NCBI GenBank assembly: GCA_963666345.1
Contig: OY762721.1
Location: forward strand, 3,904,001 to 3,968,000
Direction: 5' to 3'
DNA length: 64,000 nt
From: Desulfatiglandales bacterium
GTDB lineage: Bacteria; Desulfobacterota; DSM-4660; Desulfatiglandales; Desulfatiglandaceae
The notes under the pieces: generated by a model
What the model was told of the DNA's origin: nothing
Databases searched by the model: none
Seen by the model: only the letters and a program-made list of their open reading frames with translations
Position numbers and translations under genes: made by a program
Shown here: piece after piece, positions 39,816-52,046 of the stretch
Layout: every line of letters starts with the position of its first letter
Numbering within the stretch: position 1 is the first letter of the stretch

Positions 39816-40278
39816 TATTGCAGCGTCAGAAATTTCGGAATGCGTGTATTAATAGCCATTTATAAGCTTAGACAAGTATGAGTTAAAACAAATAAATATT
39901 TGAAAAACATAATATGCCGTTTTTTTCTTCATGGTGAAGTGCGATTAATCACACTATTTTATTATTAGTTTAAATAACTTAAATCAGAATAATATAAGGA
40001 AAAATAGAAATCAAGATAATTCGATCCTGCAACCGGCTGTCCTACATTGAATAGATGAGACAAGTGTCCGGGACTTGATTTGACTTGTAATGACAGATTG
40101 ACATTTTATGCCAAAATGCCGTGTGTATGTGATATATTACCATTTCAATTCAGTCGGTTGGGGGAGAATGGAATAGACCCTGAAGGATCGTCCGAGGAAG
40201 ACCGAGATCGGCGGAAAGTCCTTTTAGGCGGTTAATGCGGCGTGTTTTAAGACCTCAGAGATATGGGAGATAAAGATC

Positions 40279-41112
40279 ATGCGCTGGAGACAATTTCTGA
40301 CCCCGGTGGAAAATATGGACGGTGAAGAGGTAAGAAGCTATATAGACAAGCATGAAGCGGGAACCTATACCCTCCTTGATGTTCGTCAGCCGTCCGAGTA
40401 TGAAAAAGAGAGGATTCCGGGTGCGATTCTGATCCCCCTGCCAGAGCTAGCCGAACGAGTCAAAGAAATCGAACATGATAAACCGGTCATAACCTATTGC
40501 GCCATTGGGGGAAGAAGCCGGGCCGGGGCGCAGATTCTTTCGGGTAAGGGATTCGATGAGGTATATAATCTCAAGGGAGGGATAAAGGCCTGGAACGGGG
40601 GGACAGCTTACGGCCCCGCGGAAGCCGGGATGACGTTTTTGAAGGGTGATGAGACGGCAAGGGATGTAATAATTATCGCCTACGGCATGGAAGAGGGCCT
40701 CAGAGGTTTTTACAGGGAACTTTTTGATACGATTAACGACAAGGAGGCAAGTGATCTTTTAAGGAGACTTTCCGAAATAGAGGAAAGGCACAAGGAGAGG
40801 CTCTTTGAAAAGTATCTTGAGCTCGATTCCTCTGTCGCCGACAGGGAGGTATTTGAAAAGGAAATCTCACCCGATATAATGGAGGGGGGCTTCACCGCGA
40901 AGGAATTCATTGAAAAGAACAGGGAGACGACAAAGAGCGTCCCCGATATCCTAAGTCTCGCTATGATGCTGGAGGCCCAGGCCCTTGATCTGTACATGCG
41001 ATATTCCGTCTCATTAAAGGACAAAGGGACGAAACGCCTGCTGTTTGATATAGCGGAGGAGGAAAAGGCCCATCTGGTCAGCCTCGGTCGCCTGATGGGG
41101 GAAAATGCGTGA
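40279..41112 (+). CDS. Rhodanese plus ferritin/rubrerythrin-like fusion protein
   Basis: LLDVRQPSEY, YCAIGGRS, LKGGIKAW; ExxH motifs EERH and EKAH. Confidence 0.88.
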   Translation: MRWRQFLTPVENMDGEEVRSYIDKHEAGTYTLLDVRQPSEYEKERIPGAILIPLPELAERVKEIEHDKPVITYCAIGGRSRAGAQILSGKGFDEVYNLKGGIKAWNGGTAYGPAEAGMTFLKGDETARDVIIIAYGMEEGLRGFYRELFDTINDKEASDLLRRLSEIEERHKERLFEKYLELDSSVADREVFEKEISPDIMEGGFTAKEFIEKNRETTKSVPDILSLAMMLEAQALDLYMRYSVSLKDKGTKRLLFDIAEEEKAHLVSLGRLMGENA

Positions 41113-41356
41113 AACCTGAAAATTCTATGTAAGATTGTGACGTATTTCGGGTTCAGATTGTATGAACCATGCGTGGCAGGGCCTAAGCCATTAAAAGGAA
41201 TCCAGCTTCAGCGGGGCAGATGACGCCTTGGTGGTGGATTTGGGGGCCGGTTCAATCATTGACAGGCACGCCTGACTCACTTATAATTCCTTGATGAATA
41301 TTTTTTTCTTTAGGCTGGGAGCGGTTGGCTTGTAATATCCTATAAGGGGCGAATGG

Positions 41357-42277
41357 GTGAACACCTCATCAGCAGATGAAGACAAAAGGGTTGAATCAAG
41401 GCTCAAGGAGGCTGACGTTTATTATTCCATGGGTCTGTATGAGGAGGCCCTGGGGGTTTACGAAGGGATTATTTCTGACCCCACCCGGCCTGATCCCAAG
41501 ATTGTTGAGACCGTAAAGGGTAAAATAGCCTCTATTAAAGAAGACCTCCATGTTCAGGATAAGGAGCTGGGAGTTCCAGCCCTTTCAATGAGAGAAAAAG
41601 ATATCCTTGACTCTGCCATGGGTAGCAGAGAAAACGCCTTGTCCAATCTGGACAAGGCGAACGCCTACCTGGAGCAGGGACTCTACAAGGAGGCGCTTTT
41701 TGATTATAAAAATCTTATCAACGCAGACTGCCCCCTGGATAAGGTTGTCCCGGGGATTGTTCAATCTATCCTCGAGACGGAAACATCCGACAATTTGCTC
41801 GACAGGCTCCAAGACATAATCAAAGAAGCCTCGATCAATGATCAGAAAAAGGGGGAGTTAGTTTCCCTACTGGGATCCGAACTGCAGGAGCGGGGGAATA
41901 AAAGTGGGGCTTCAGCCCTGATGAACAGCCTTGAAGAATTGATTAAAAAAAGCCCTGAAGTTGAGATGATCGAGGTATCTTCAGGCCCCTTGCTCAATTT
42001 TATTTCAGCTGACATCTTTACCCCCTCCCCTGGAGGAGGAAAGAGGGTGTACCATCTAGGCGTACATGAGCAGAGGAATAATCTTGTCGAGCTCATGGTT
42101 GCTGACAGTGAAGCGGAACTGCTGGAAGACATAACCAAGGGCGATTCTTTAAATGAGGTGATGTTTTACGCTCATTCAGCCATCAGGAAGATGAGTGTGG
42201 TTGTGAAGTACATTACCGAGATAAGCAAGGGGCCCAATAAAGGCAGCCATGTCGTAGGCCTGGTAGTGGGAGACTGA
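41357..42277 (+). CDS. TPR-containing hypothetical protein
   Basis: ADVYYSMGLYEEALGVY and ANAYLEQGLYKEAL repeats. Confidence 0.7.
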   Translation: MNTSSADEDKRVESRLKEADVYYSMGLYEEALGVYEGIISDPTRPDPKIVETVKGKIASIKEDLHVQDKELGVPALSMREKDILDSAMGSRENALSNLDKANAYLEQGLYKEALFDYKNLINADCPLDKVVPGIVQSILETETSDNLLDRLQDIIKEASINDQKKGELVSLLGSELQERGNKSGASALMNSLEELIKKSPEVEMIEVSSGPLLNFISADIFTPSPGGGKRVYHLGVHEQRNNLVELMVADSEAELLEDITKGDSLNEVMFYAHSAIRKMSVVVKYITEISKGPNKGSHVVGLVVGD

Positions 42278-42355
42278 TGATCCATTTAAGTGCGGGAAGA
42301 GAGCCGGATATAATTTTGATCACGCAGAAAAAATCTGTTCCCCGAGGTTAATAAA

Positions 42356-42631
42356 ATGTCTACAAAGTATATTGTGCTCCTTTTTATCTCTTTTATTTAC
42401 ATACTGGTACTCGTAGGTTTCAACAAGGCGAGGGTCAAATTTGCGGGCGGAAAGCTTGCCGGACTCATAAATATAGTTATCTTAACCGTTGTGCTTTTGT
42501 TTGCTGCCGACTATATCCTTTTATTTGAACAATATTTTCCTGAGGATGCCATTTTTATCGGACAGACTGTGCTGAGAACTGCGGCATTATCAGTGCTTGC
42601 CTTTGGAGGGATAAAGATATCAGGTGAGTGA
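42356..42631 (+). CDS. Small membrane protein (3 TM)
   Basis: GAGG RBS, three hydrophobic segments. Confidence 0.65.
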   Translation: MSTKYIVLLFISFIYILVLVGFNKARVKFAGGKLAGLINIVILTVVLLFAADYILLFEQYFPEDAIFIGQTVLRTAALSVLAFGGIKISGE

Positions 42632-42761
42632 TTAAACGCCTTTCCTGTCCAAACCTCGTATCAGTGTGAAGCCTCGGGTTGAGTCCTTCAGCCTGAACGA
42701 TCCTAGGGACACGAATCCTGCAGGTACTCAGGCTGTCGGTTTCGGCCTATAGTCGTTGACA

Positions 42762-43985
42762 TCATTTCTTTTTGAAAAAAGAGAACTTGCCTCCGGATGA
42801 CCTTGCGGAATCCTTCCCATCATCCAGATCTGAATCGAATCGTTCCAGAAAAACCTGAAGCCCCTGCGTATGCTTTTTCTTTTCAGGGGTTTCCCTGTGA
42901 TAATGGTCGGCGGCAGACACTATCTGATTTATTTCCCTGATGGTGCCTTTGGTTATCTGTTTTCCGAGCATACTGTTTTCCTTGCCTAAAAGACTGTCAA
43001 AGAGACTTATGAAACCGTCTTGAAGGATTTCGCTTCCATCCTCTATCTTCTCATGACATTGCAGGGCTTCAAGCAATGATCTGCGATTTTCTTCATGTTC
43101 GCTCTGCAGATGCATGTCTTTGAAAAAGGAGTTCTGATCCGATAGGAGGTCTTCTTTGCACTGTTCAAAAAAACTATGTGTCCTGTCTCCCAGTTCTTTT
43201 TGAAGGGCCATTTGGATGACTTCGACAATTTCAAGATATAGATCTATTATTTCAGGAAATATTTCTTCTATATCCTCTCCTTTTTTCGCTTTTTCGATTA
43301 GGCCGGAGGAGAACAGTGAATAAAGATTCTTGAAAACTTCGAATTCATCCTGCCTGCTTTTCTCAATGAGATGTCTTACAGAGCTATTGCCGTCTATTAG
43401 GGAGAGGACGTTCCATTCCTCGTTATTCAGTTTTACTTCATCTCTATCCCGTGACTTGTCGGATATCTTGAAAACAATGTCATCACTCGGGATAAGTTCC
43501 GTAATAAGCGACCACTCATCGATTCGTCTGGATGCCTCGAGAAGTATTTCCATCGTATTTATTACGGTTAAGAGCTTGCCCTCTACATTGAGATTTACAT
43601 CCTTGTACTCGAACTGGCCCGAATTCCATAAAAACAGGGTATAAAGGATCTCTTTCACCTGGTAATGAAGGAGTTCTCTAAGATCCTCCTTGGAGCAGAA
43701 ACCATTTTTTATGAGTACTCCTCCAAGTTTCCGCTTCTGCTCCTTTGCCTCTTTCAGACACCCCATCAGATCCTCGTGGGAGATAATCTTTCTGGACAGC
43801 ATGAGGTTTCCCAGCTGCATATTGGTCTGGGTGCTTGTGGCCGATACTATGATGCCGTCCTTCATGAATATCTTTACGCTGTTTTCATTGTTGTTTACCT
43901 GGAGGACACCTGTCTTTTGATCATCAGAGAGCAGCTGTAAAAGGCTGGTGAGATTAAATGTTTCCAGATTACCTTGAAGGGACAT
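42762..43985 (-). CDS. DUF4388 (PATAN-like) domain protein
   Basis: MSLQGNLETFNL.SLLQLL...KTGVL, LF.W.SGQFEY, LLEASRRIDEW. Confidence 0.88.
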   Translation of the reverse strand: MSLQGNLETFNLTSLLQLLSDDQKTGVLQVNNNENSVKIFMKDGIIVSATSTQTNMQLGNLMLSRKIISHEDLMGCLKEAKEQKRKLGGVLIKNGFCSKEDLRELLHYQVKEILYTLFLWNSGQFEYKDVNLNVEGKLLTVINTMEILLEASRRIDEWSLITELIPSDDIVFKISDKSRDRDEVKLNNEEWNVLSLIDGNSSVRHLIEKSRQDEFEVFKNLYSLFSSGLIEKAKKGEDIEEIFPEIIDLYLEIVEVIQMALQKELGDRTHSFFEQCKEDLLSDQNSFFKDMHLQSEHEENRRSLLEALQCHEKIEDGSEILQDGFISLFDSLLGKENSMLGKQITKGTIREINQIVSAADHYHRETPEKKKHTQGLQVFLERFDSDLDDGKDSARSSGGKFSFFKKK

Positions 43986-44626
43986 ATCAGTAATTAACCT
44001 CTTTTCGACCCCGTGTCCGATTCGGTGCGGCCTTTCCTGTCCATGGCACCACACGTTTCGTGTGAAAAGGATGTGCCTTTGCTGCCGGGCAATGTTTGGT
44101 TTTCTGATGGGCACTAATTACCAAATCTATAGGATTGTCAAGAAACTTGTCAACTGTTTTGGAACGGCTTGATCCTGAAAACCCCGGCCCTTATGGCTGT
44201 TCTCCGATCATAAGAAATTGTCGGTAAATATTACTCATGGTAAATCGATAAAAGAAATAATCCGGAATCGGCCCTCTAATTCAGGCGGATGATACGCCGC
44301 CGGTCGTAAGTGATCGAAGGCAATCCCGTTGGGGCGGGACGGGTGGTGCCTTAATGGTGGATCAAGAGGCTCAGGAAGACAGATTATACTGGCAAAAAAA
44401 AACATGGTAGGATAAAATTGATATATTTGTGAAAATCAGAGTCATAGAATAAAAAGGCACCTAGTTGAGCTTGGTATTCGGTAATGAATGTTTGCGGTTG
44501 GCAATGGAATATCCTTCCCCGGACAGCCACGGGAAATTAATCGGGATGCTTTGGCTGCCCCGGTGTACTTTATCATTTCCCGCCTCCGGCGGATCATGAT
44601 GTTGAATGAGACTTGAAGACAATGGC

Positions 44627-44642
44627 TGGCAGAGGGGTTGCA
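44627..44642 (+). promoter_or_regulatory. Possible sigma54 -24/-12 promoter for mglBA
   Basis: TGGCAGAGGGGTTGCA (GG-N10-GC); an extended -10 TGGTATAAT lies just downstream, so the assignment is ambiguous. Confidence 0.35.
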
Positions 44643-44696
44643 TCCCTTCTATGGTATAATTGACTTGAAAATGAGCTTTTCTGAGGAAATATCCAA

Positions 44697-45089
44697 ATGG
44701 AATTAGCCCTTGGTCAGGAGGAATTGGACAAGATAGAAGATATCTTGACTGAAGACCTAATTAAGATCGGCGTAAGATGTGTGCTGGTGATAGACATGGC
44801 CGGCAACATGGTCTCAAACTGCGACAACGGAAAATGCGGGTATGACATTTACTCTCTGGCGGCCCTTTCGGCAGCCAATTTCGGAGCCGTGGACGCCATG
44901 GCAAAGATATTGGGAGAGGACAAGTTTTCCCTGCTTTTTCACGAGGGGGAAAATGAAAGCATCCACTCGAGCCGGGTAGGAGATGGTTTTCTCCTTTTGG
45001 CCATATTCGGAAAGGATGTTTCTCTTGGTTTTTTGCGACTAAGGATAAAAAAGGCCGCAGGGAGACTGAAAGAGGTATTCAATAGATAA
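44697..45089 (+). CDS. mglB: Roadblock/LC7 protein, MglB-like
   Basis: SLAALSAANFGA, FSLLFHEGE, SLGFLRL; directly upstream of mglA. Confidence 0.85.
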   Translation: MELALGQEELDKIEDILTEDLIKIGVRCVLVIDMAGNMVSNCDNGKCGYDIYSLAALSAANFGAVDAMAKILGEDKFSLLFHEGENESIHSSRVGDGFLLLAIFGKDVSLGFLRLRIKKAAGRLKEVFNR

Positions 45090-45153
45090 TTATAACCGGG
45101 TGCCTGCCGGAATCCGTTGATAATGACCCGAAAAATATCATGAGGGAGCAATC

Positions 45154-45759
45154 TTGGCTTTTATCAATCTGAAAAAGAAGGAGCTTCAGGTAAAGATCGT
45201 ATATTACGGCCCGGGAAGGGGCGGTAAGACAACCAACCTTGAATATATAAACAAAAAATTCAAGGAGCGTATAAAATCTGAAATGGTCAGCATTAAGACC
45301 CATGGTGACAGGACCCTGTTTTTTGACTTCCTTCCATTTGAGATCGGGAAAATTAAGGGATTCGACGTTAAAATCCAGATGTACACTGTTCCCGGCCAGG
45401 TAAAGTACAATGCCACAAGAAAACTGGTGCTTCAGGGTGTGGACGGGGTTGTTTTTGTGGCCGATTCCATGCAGGTACAGAGAAAGAAAAATCTGATTTC
45501 CCTGAAAAACCTTCAGGAAAATCTCGCAGAATACCACAAGAGTATATTCAAAATTCCCCTGGTGTTGCAGTACAACAAACAGGACCTGCGGAAAATGGAT
45601 ATCCCCCTGATGTCTCTTGAGACAATGGATAAAGATATGAACAGTCGCCTTAAGGTTCCTTCCTTTCCTGCCAGCGCCATAACCGGGGAAAATGTGGTTG
45701 CAACCCTGAAAAAGATTATTTCGTTAACCGTCAGTTCCCTGCAAAAGGAACTTCATTGA
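45154..45759 (+). CDS. mglA: Small GTPase MglA
   Basis: KIVYYGPGRGGKTTNL, DRTLFFDF, YTVPGQ, NKQD. Confidence 0.93.
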   Translation: MAFINLKKKELQVKIVYYGPGRGGKTTNLEYINKKFKERIKSEMVSIKTHGDRTLFFDFLPFEIGKIKGFDVKIQMYTVPGQVKYNATRKLVLQGVDGVVFVADSMQVQRKKNLISLKNLQENLAEYHKSIFKIPLVLQYNKQDLRKMDIPLMSLETMDKDMNSRLKVPSFPASAITGENVVATLKKIISLTVSSLQKELH

Positions 45760-45765
45760 GGAGGG

Positions 45766-46452
45766 GTGCAAGTGAACTCAGAAAAAGATGAGAGCATCGT
45801 AACCGAGGTGGACGGAAGGCTTAACAGCCTGTTTGCGGATGAGGACAGCGAAGAGGTGGGGGCCGCGCCGATAGAAGGGTTAAAGGCGGCTGTACTGGCC
45901 ATTGACTGGGAGATAACCGAAGGTGCCATGGCCAGGTTCGGGGAAGAAATTGAGGCTGTGTCGGAGGAGCTGAAAGATGACATGATGCTTCTTACCTTCC
46001 TTAAGTTACTTAAATCTCTAGGTAAATATCTAAATATCAAAAAAGGGGATGCCCATCCTGATTCCGTAAAACTGCTGCACTCGGTATATGCCGATTTTGA
46101 AAGGATTACAGGTTCGCCGGAAATGGGTGAAAAGGATATTCAGCAGATTCTCTCAAAAGATATAAACAGGTTCAAGGAGCTGAAGGAGCAGGTATCATAT
46201 GCGGGAAATTCTGCCGCCCGGAAGGAATCGGAAAAGGACGTCGAATCCAGGCAGGGTACTGAAGAGGTCCTTGAGGAAGAACCTGCACCTGTGCCCGTTT
46301 ATGAGCAGGATGGCAGGAGGGAAGTTGAAGAAAGGGACCTGAGACAGGCGCATGAGGCCTTTGCTTATGCCCTCGATGAATTGAAAGAGGTTATAAAGAG
46401 CGAATTCAGGGCCTTGAGAGCGGAGATAAGACTCTGGAGAGATGGAAAATAG
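45766..46452 (+). CDS. Hypothetical protein of the mglBA operon
   Basis: GAGG RBS, LKAAVLAIDWEIT and AHPDS segments, acidic linker. Confidence 0.75.
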   Translation: MQVNSEKDESIVTEVDGRLNSLFADEDSEEVGAAPIEGLKAAVLAIDWEITEGAMARFGEEIEAVSEELKDDMMLLTFLKLLKSLGKYLNIKKGDAHPDSVKLLHSVYADFERITGSPEMGEKDIQQILSKDINRFKELKEQVSYAGNSAARKESEKDVESRQGTEEVLEEEPAPVPVYEQDGRREVEERDLRQAHEAFAYALDELKEVIKSEFRALRAEIRLWRDGK

Positions 46453-46464
46453 GGGGGCGTCCAG

Positions 46465-46641
46465 ATGATAGTATTTTGCGAGGAATGCGGGGAAAAATAT
46501 GTGATTGCCCCGGAAAAGATCAAAAAGGATGCTGTCAGTTTCAGGTGCCGGGTGTGCGACGAGTTGATCATCGTAAGGAGACCGGCCGATAGTTCCGAGT
46601 CCGATCCGGACGATAAAAGCAGCAGACAGGACAAGCCTTGA
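46465..46641 (+). CDS. Small zinc-ribbon protein (58 aa, below the ORF-track cutoff)
   Basis: Manual translation MIVFCEECGEKY...FRCRVCDE... Confidence 0.75.
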   Translation: MIVFCEECGEKYVIAPEKIKKDAVSFRCRVCDELIIVRRPADSSESDPDDKSSRQDKP

Positions 46642-46847
46642 CCCGCCTGGAATTATCCGGTTTCCATCCCTGAACGGCTATCTTTCCAATTCCACATCAA
46701 TCTGCGGGATCACTTGTGAATCGTCCTATAGTTCGCCTTTGTTCCCGATATGCTGCGGCAAAGCGCTATGAGCAGGCTTTTTACGGAGCTGTCCTGTTTC
46801 ATTTATGAATGCCAGACAATAAAGCCTGAACACAGGGAAGAAGGACC

Positions 46848-47807
46848 TTGAAGAAATCAGCCAGCTTAAATACCGGCATGATCCGCAAGGTGGTTAAGAA
46901 GCTGCCTGCCTGGAGCGTGATCATTGCCAGGTGGCTCTTAGCGGACAGCCCGACTGCCGCGGCAATCGATATAACGAATCGCTGCAACCTAAGATGCACT
47001 CATTGCTACTGGTGGAGGCAGGAGCATCCCCAGGAGATGGACGACGTTCAAATTATCTCATTTATGAAGTCGTTGAGGAAGAAGGGATTCAGGGCGGCCA
47101 TACTGTACGGCGGTGAACCTGCTCTGCGACCGGAGGTGTGCATAAGGGCCGGAACGATATTCGATACCCTGCTTGCCTTCACAAACGGCACAAAAGGCTT
47201 TCCGGAACTTGAAAACGGTCAGTGGGTACTTTCCCTTGAGGGCACCAGGGAGGTCAATGATCGTATCAGGGGAAAAGGGGTGTTTGACACTGCGGTAGAA
47301 AATCTGAAAAAGGCGAAAAGACCGCCTATCGTTCATATGACTGTCTCGGCAATGAACAGCGGATGTATAGAAGAATTCGCCTATGAAATGATGAGTCTTC
47401 CGGTAAAGGGGGTGGGCTTTTCCTTTTATACTCCCAACCGGTCTTCATCGGGCCCGGATCTTTTAATCCCCCTTGAGCAGCGAAACCTGATAATAAGAAG
47501 GCTTGTCCGTTTAAGAAAGAGGTTCGGTGAAAAGATCGCATTTACCGGTGCAATGGCGAGACAATTTTCCACACGGGGCGATTTTTCGAAATGGAACGGT
47601 TTTTCGGCATGCCCTGTATCCAGCATAGTTAGATGTTTCAGGTCTGATGGGAGCGTAAAATTATGCACCTATGGTGACGACGCGGATTGCGCCCGTTGCG
47701 GTTGCGCTGCTGTTGCGGCATATCGAGGGGCCTTTAAACCTTTTGATTATATGACATTCAGGGTAATACTCGGTCTGATGATACCTGAGGCGAATGTAAA
47801 AGACTGA
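46848..47807 (+). CDS. Radical SAM protein with C-terminal Cys cluster
   Basis: CNLRCTHC, GGEP, FTNG; C-terminal C...C...DCARCGC. Confidence 0.9.
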   Translation: MKKSASLNTGMIRKVVKKLPAWSVIIARWLLADSPTAAAIDITNRCNLRCTHCYWWRQEHPQEMDDVQIISFMKSLRKKGFRAAILYGGEPALRPEVCIRAGTIFDTLLAFTNGTKGFPELENGQWVLSLEGTREVNDRIRGKGVFDTAVENLKKAKRPPIVHMTVSAMNSGCIEEFAYEMMSLPVKGVGFSFYTPNRSSSGPDLLIPLEQRNLIIRRLVRLRKRFGEKIAFTGAMARQFSTRGDFSKWNGFSACPVSSIVRCFRSDGSVKLCTYGDDADCARCGCAAVAAYRGAFKPFDYMTFRVILGLMIPEANVKD

Positions 47808-48070
47808 GCGCCTGAGGACGATTCATCATGCTTCATGGGAGGATTTTATGCGCGATTTTTTTAGAGCAGCCCCCTTGACATTTCCAATGCCGACCTTAAT
47901 TTTTTGCTGTTAAGATCAAATATGGCACGTAAAAGTTGTATGACGATTGATCTGTTATTAACAGGTGTTAATTTGCCTCTGTGAATTTCCGGGGACCTTT
48001 TCGGTTTTTGATGTTACCCGGTATTTATAAAAAAGCTCTACAAAAAAAATATCAGGAGGAGATAGAAAAA

Positions 48071-48358
48071 ATGAAAGTAAAACCATTGCATGACAGAGTA
48101 ATAGTCAAGAGGGTTGATGAAGAGGAAAAGACGAAGGGTGGGATTATCATACCTGATACCGCCAAAGAAAAACCCGTTGAAGGGGAAATAATAGCTGTTG
48201 GTGATGGTAAGGTCGCGGATGATGGTAAGAAAATTGCACTCGAAGTAAAGGCCGGAGACAAGGTGCTTTTCGGAAAATATGCCGGTACCGAGATCAAGAT
48301 TGAGGGCGAAGAATACCTTATTATGAGGGAAGACGATATAATTGCCATCATTGAGTAA
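48071..48358 (+). CDS. groES: Co-chaperonin GroES
   Basis: [23 protein letters not shown]. Confidence 0.98.
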   Translation: MKVKPLHDRVIVKRVDEEEKTKGGIIIPDTAKEKPVEGEIIAVGDGKVADDGKKIALEVKAGDKVLFGKYAGTEIKIEGEEYLIMREDDIIAIIE

Positions 48359-48393
48359 CGTTCATCCTATTCCAATCAGTTTGAAAATATTAG

Positions 48394-50061
<1,668 letters not shown>

Positions 50062-50117
50062 GTCAAATCTCCTTTAACATAGAGCAGGAAAGATATCTTT
50101 CCTGCCGGAAACAATAG

Positions 50118-50166
50118 AAAAAGATCGCATCGGGAATATACGGTATTCCGGTGCGATCTTTTTTTT
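50118..50166 (+). terminator. Rho-independent terminator after groEL (probably bidirectional)
   Basis: AAAAAGATCGCATCGG...CCGGTGCGATCTTTTTTTT; a perfect 22-bp palindrome precedes it at 50084-50105. Confidence 0.85.
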
Positions 50167-50383
50167 GAGCCCGGATGAGTAGATGAAAACCCTGTCCTCC
50201 GGATGATAAGGATTCACCGGCCGGCATTTAATCCGAGACATTCAAGACTTATTGAACCTTTGTTGTTGAAAGGATATTCGAAGATATAGAGACAAGTCAC
50301 GGAAAGTAGACCATGCAAAAACTTGAAGGATGTCAAATAAGATTTTGCCGCCAGGCAGGATGATATTCAAGGAAGAACTCTAT

Positions 50384-50902
50384 TCAGAAAAGCCTCAACT
50401 GTCCGCCTTTCGTTTGATCTACCGCCCGGATTCTTATCCAGGCCATTATAAGTTCGACAATGAATGATATCTGCCTATCGGACAGGTTGCGGCCCTTTTT
50501 TATTCCATGCCATTTCTCAAGACAGCTCCTGCAGCAGGTCGCCGTGGCGTGTTGCGCCTTGAAGACTGGATGTCCCTTCATGGGAGTCTGTTTGCGGTCA
50601 TTCAGGGGAAAAGAGGCGGACAATCCATCTGTTATAAATCTCCGGGCGTGTGCGTTTATGCAAGACAGGCCTCTGTTGTTTACGTATGCGCATTCCTCCG
50701 GGGTCAGACTGAACCGGGATCTGAAATCAGATCTTTTGAGACGGTCAAGCGCGCTTTTGACTTCGGGTGGAACTCCGTTTTGAGGGAGGCTGTAGACATG
50801 CGATTCTTTCAGTAAAAAAAAAGACGTCATAAGCGACTTCGAGATGGAGATTCTTACTGAAACTGCAGTAACGAAAAAATGTGGTCTCACTATGTCTGAC
50901 AA
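50384..50902 (-). CDS. DUF4186-family protein
   Basis: S.FRSRF.L, NDRKQTPMKGHPVFKAQHATATCCRSCLEKWH; start uncertain. Confidence 0.88.
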   Translation of the reverse strand: MSDIVRPHFFVTAVSVRISISKSLMTSFFLLKESHVYSLPQNGVPPEVKSALDRLKRSDFRSRFSLTPEECAYVNNRGLSCINAHARRFITDGLSASFPLNDRKQTPMKGHPVFKAQHATATCCRSCLEKWHGIKKGRNLSDRQISFIVELIMAWIRIRAVDQTKGGQLRLF

Positions 50903-50927
50903 GCTGTTTTATACGTGTGGGCGTGAT

Positions 50928-51218
50928 TCAGGACCTGTCTTTATTCAGCTTGTCTTTTAAGACTGAAGAGCATTTGAACGTTACGACGTTTCTTGCAGCG
51001 AGTGTAAGCTCTTCGCCTGTTGCCGGATTTCTACCCCTGCGATTTCTCTTGCCTTTCACGCAGAACTTTCCAAATCCGCTTATCAAAAGATCATCCCGGC
51101 TTTCAAGGGTGGCCTTGATCAATTCCAGAAGTGATTCCAGAACGCCGGAGGCATCGTCTCTTGACAGGTCGTTTTTTGTAAACAAGGAATCTGTAAGTGT
51201 CTCTTTAGTCACGGTCAT
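50928..51218 (-). CDS. ihfA: Integration host factor subunit alpha
   Basis: LISGFGKF, RRGRNPATGE, VVTFKCS..LK. Confidence 0.88.
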   Translation of the reverse strand: MTVTKETLTDSLFTKNDLSRDDASGVLESLLELIKATLESRDDLLISGFGKFCVKGKRNRRGRNPATGEELTLAARNVVTFKCSSVLKDKLNKDRS

Positions 51219-51266
51219 GAACTATTTCTCCTGTAAAAATCTGTTATCAGCCTCAGGTTTTTTTGT

Positions 51267-51581
51267 TTACTTCTCGATCTTGATATGCGCATCTTGCGGC
51301 AGTGCAAGACCCGCCTCAACCTCTATCGTCTTCAATATCCCCGATCCGACGATACAGGAAGGATGTGGGCTGTGTTTACTCATGATCTCGTATACCTTCG
51401 TTGAGGCCGCCCTTTTGAATATCTCCTCCATCGGATCAATTTCGGTAAGCTCTTCAGCCACCTTTTTTATGTTCGGACATGCGCTGGTAATCTTGAGATT
51501 TATTTTTCCTGTCTCTGCTTTTTCAGCCTTGACCACAGTAACAAAACCGCATACCCCCCCCTTGATTTCACCTCGAGTCAT
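51267..51581 (-). CDS. Small conserved hypothetical protein (DUF6951-like)
   Basis: GVCGF, S.CPNI, HPSCIV.SGILK..EVEAGLALP. Confidence 0.7.
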   Translation of the reverse strand: MTRGEIKGGVCGFVTVVKAEKAETGKINLKITSACPNIKKVAEELTEIDPMEEIFKRAASTKVYEIMSKHSPHPSCIVGSGILKTIEVEAGLALPQDAHIKIEK

Positions 51582-51974
51582 TTTCCGTCCTTTCACATCC
51601 GCCCCGTAGAAGCACCCGGCCTTTTCGTGGATAATGGATCATTGATATTCTGATTCAGATTCCAAAATATTATGAAGGAACGCTATTTTCTTCTCCTTTA
51701 TTTGTCAAGTATTTATAGCTGTTGGGGCATGATATGCCGTCAAGAAGGCTCCCGCGGCGTATAAATCCTGCGCCTTACTCGTGGTTCCCGGGCTCCACCG
51801 GCTCCTCGAACGGGTCCCCGTTTCTCGGCCTAGCCCCTGTTGGGCTTGTTCGATGCCACGGCTCGACAGGCTCGGAGCGGGTTCGGGGATAAATTTCTAC
51901 CGTACCGTCTGAATCTTGATTTTTTATGAATGGATCCAGGTTGAGTTTATCGCATGTAGACGGTGTATCCTGGG

Positions 51975-52025
51975 TTGACATGCGGGCGTTACCATGTAAT
52001 ATTTAGAAGTATTACTTAATATTAC
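51975..52025 (+). promoter_or_regulatory. Sigma70 promoter overlapped by a palindromic operator
   Basis: TTGACA (51975)-N16-TAATAT; GTAATA-N8-TATTAC (51996-52015) and an extra TATTAC (52020). Confidence 0.6.
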
Positions 52026-52046
52026 TGTGCCGGAGGACTGCACCAT

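Noticed and set aside
47820..48070. CIRCE element or sigma54 promoter upstream of groESL
   Set aside because: No TTAGCACTC-N9-GAGTGCTAA; the TGGCAC site has the wrong spacing to TTG
50881..51609. Long antisense ORFs (this 242-aa ORF, also 57600-58268 and 36852-37361)
   Set aside because: Shadow frames opposite well-supported genes, with no recognisable motifs
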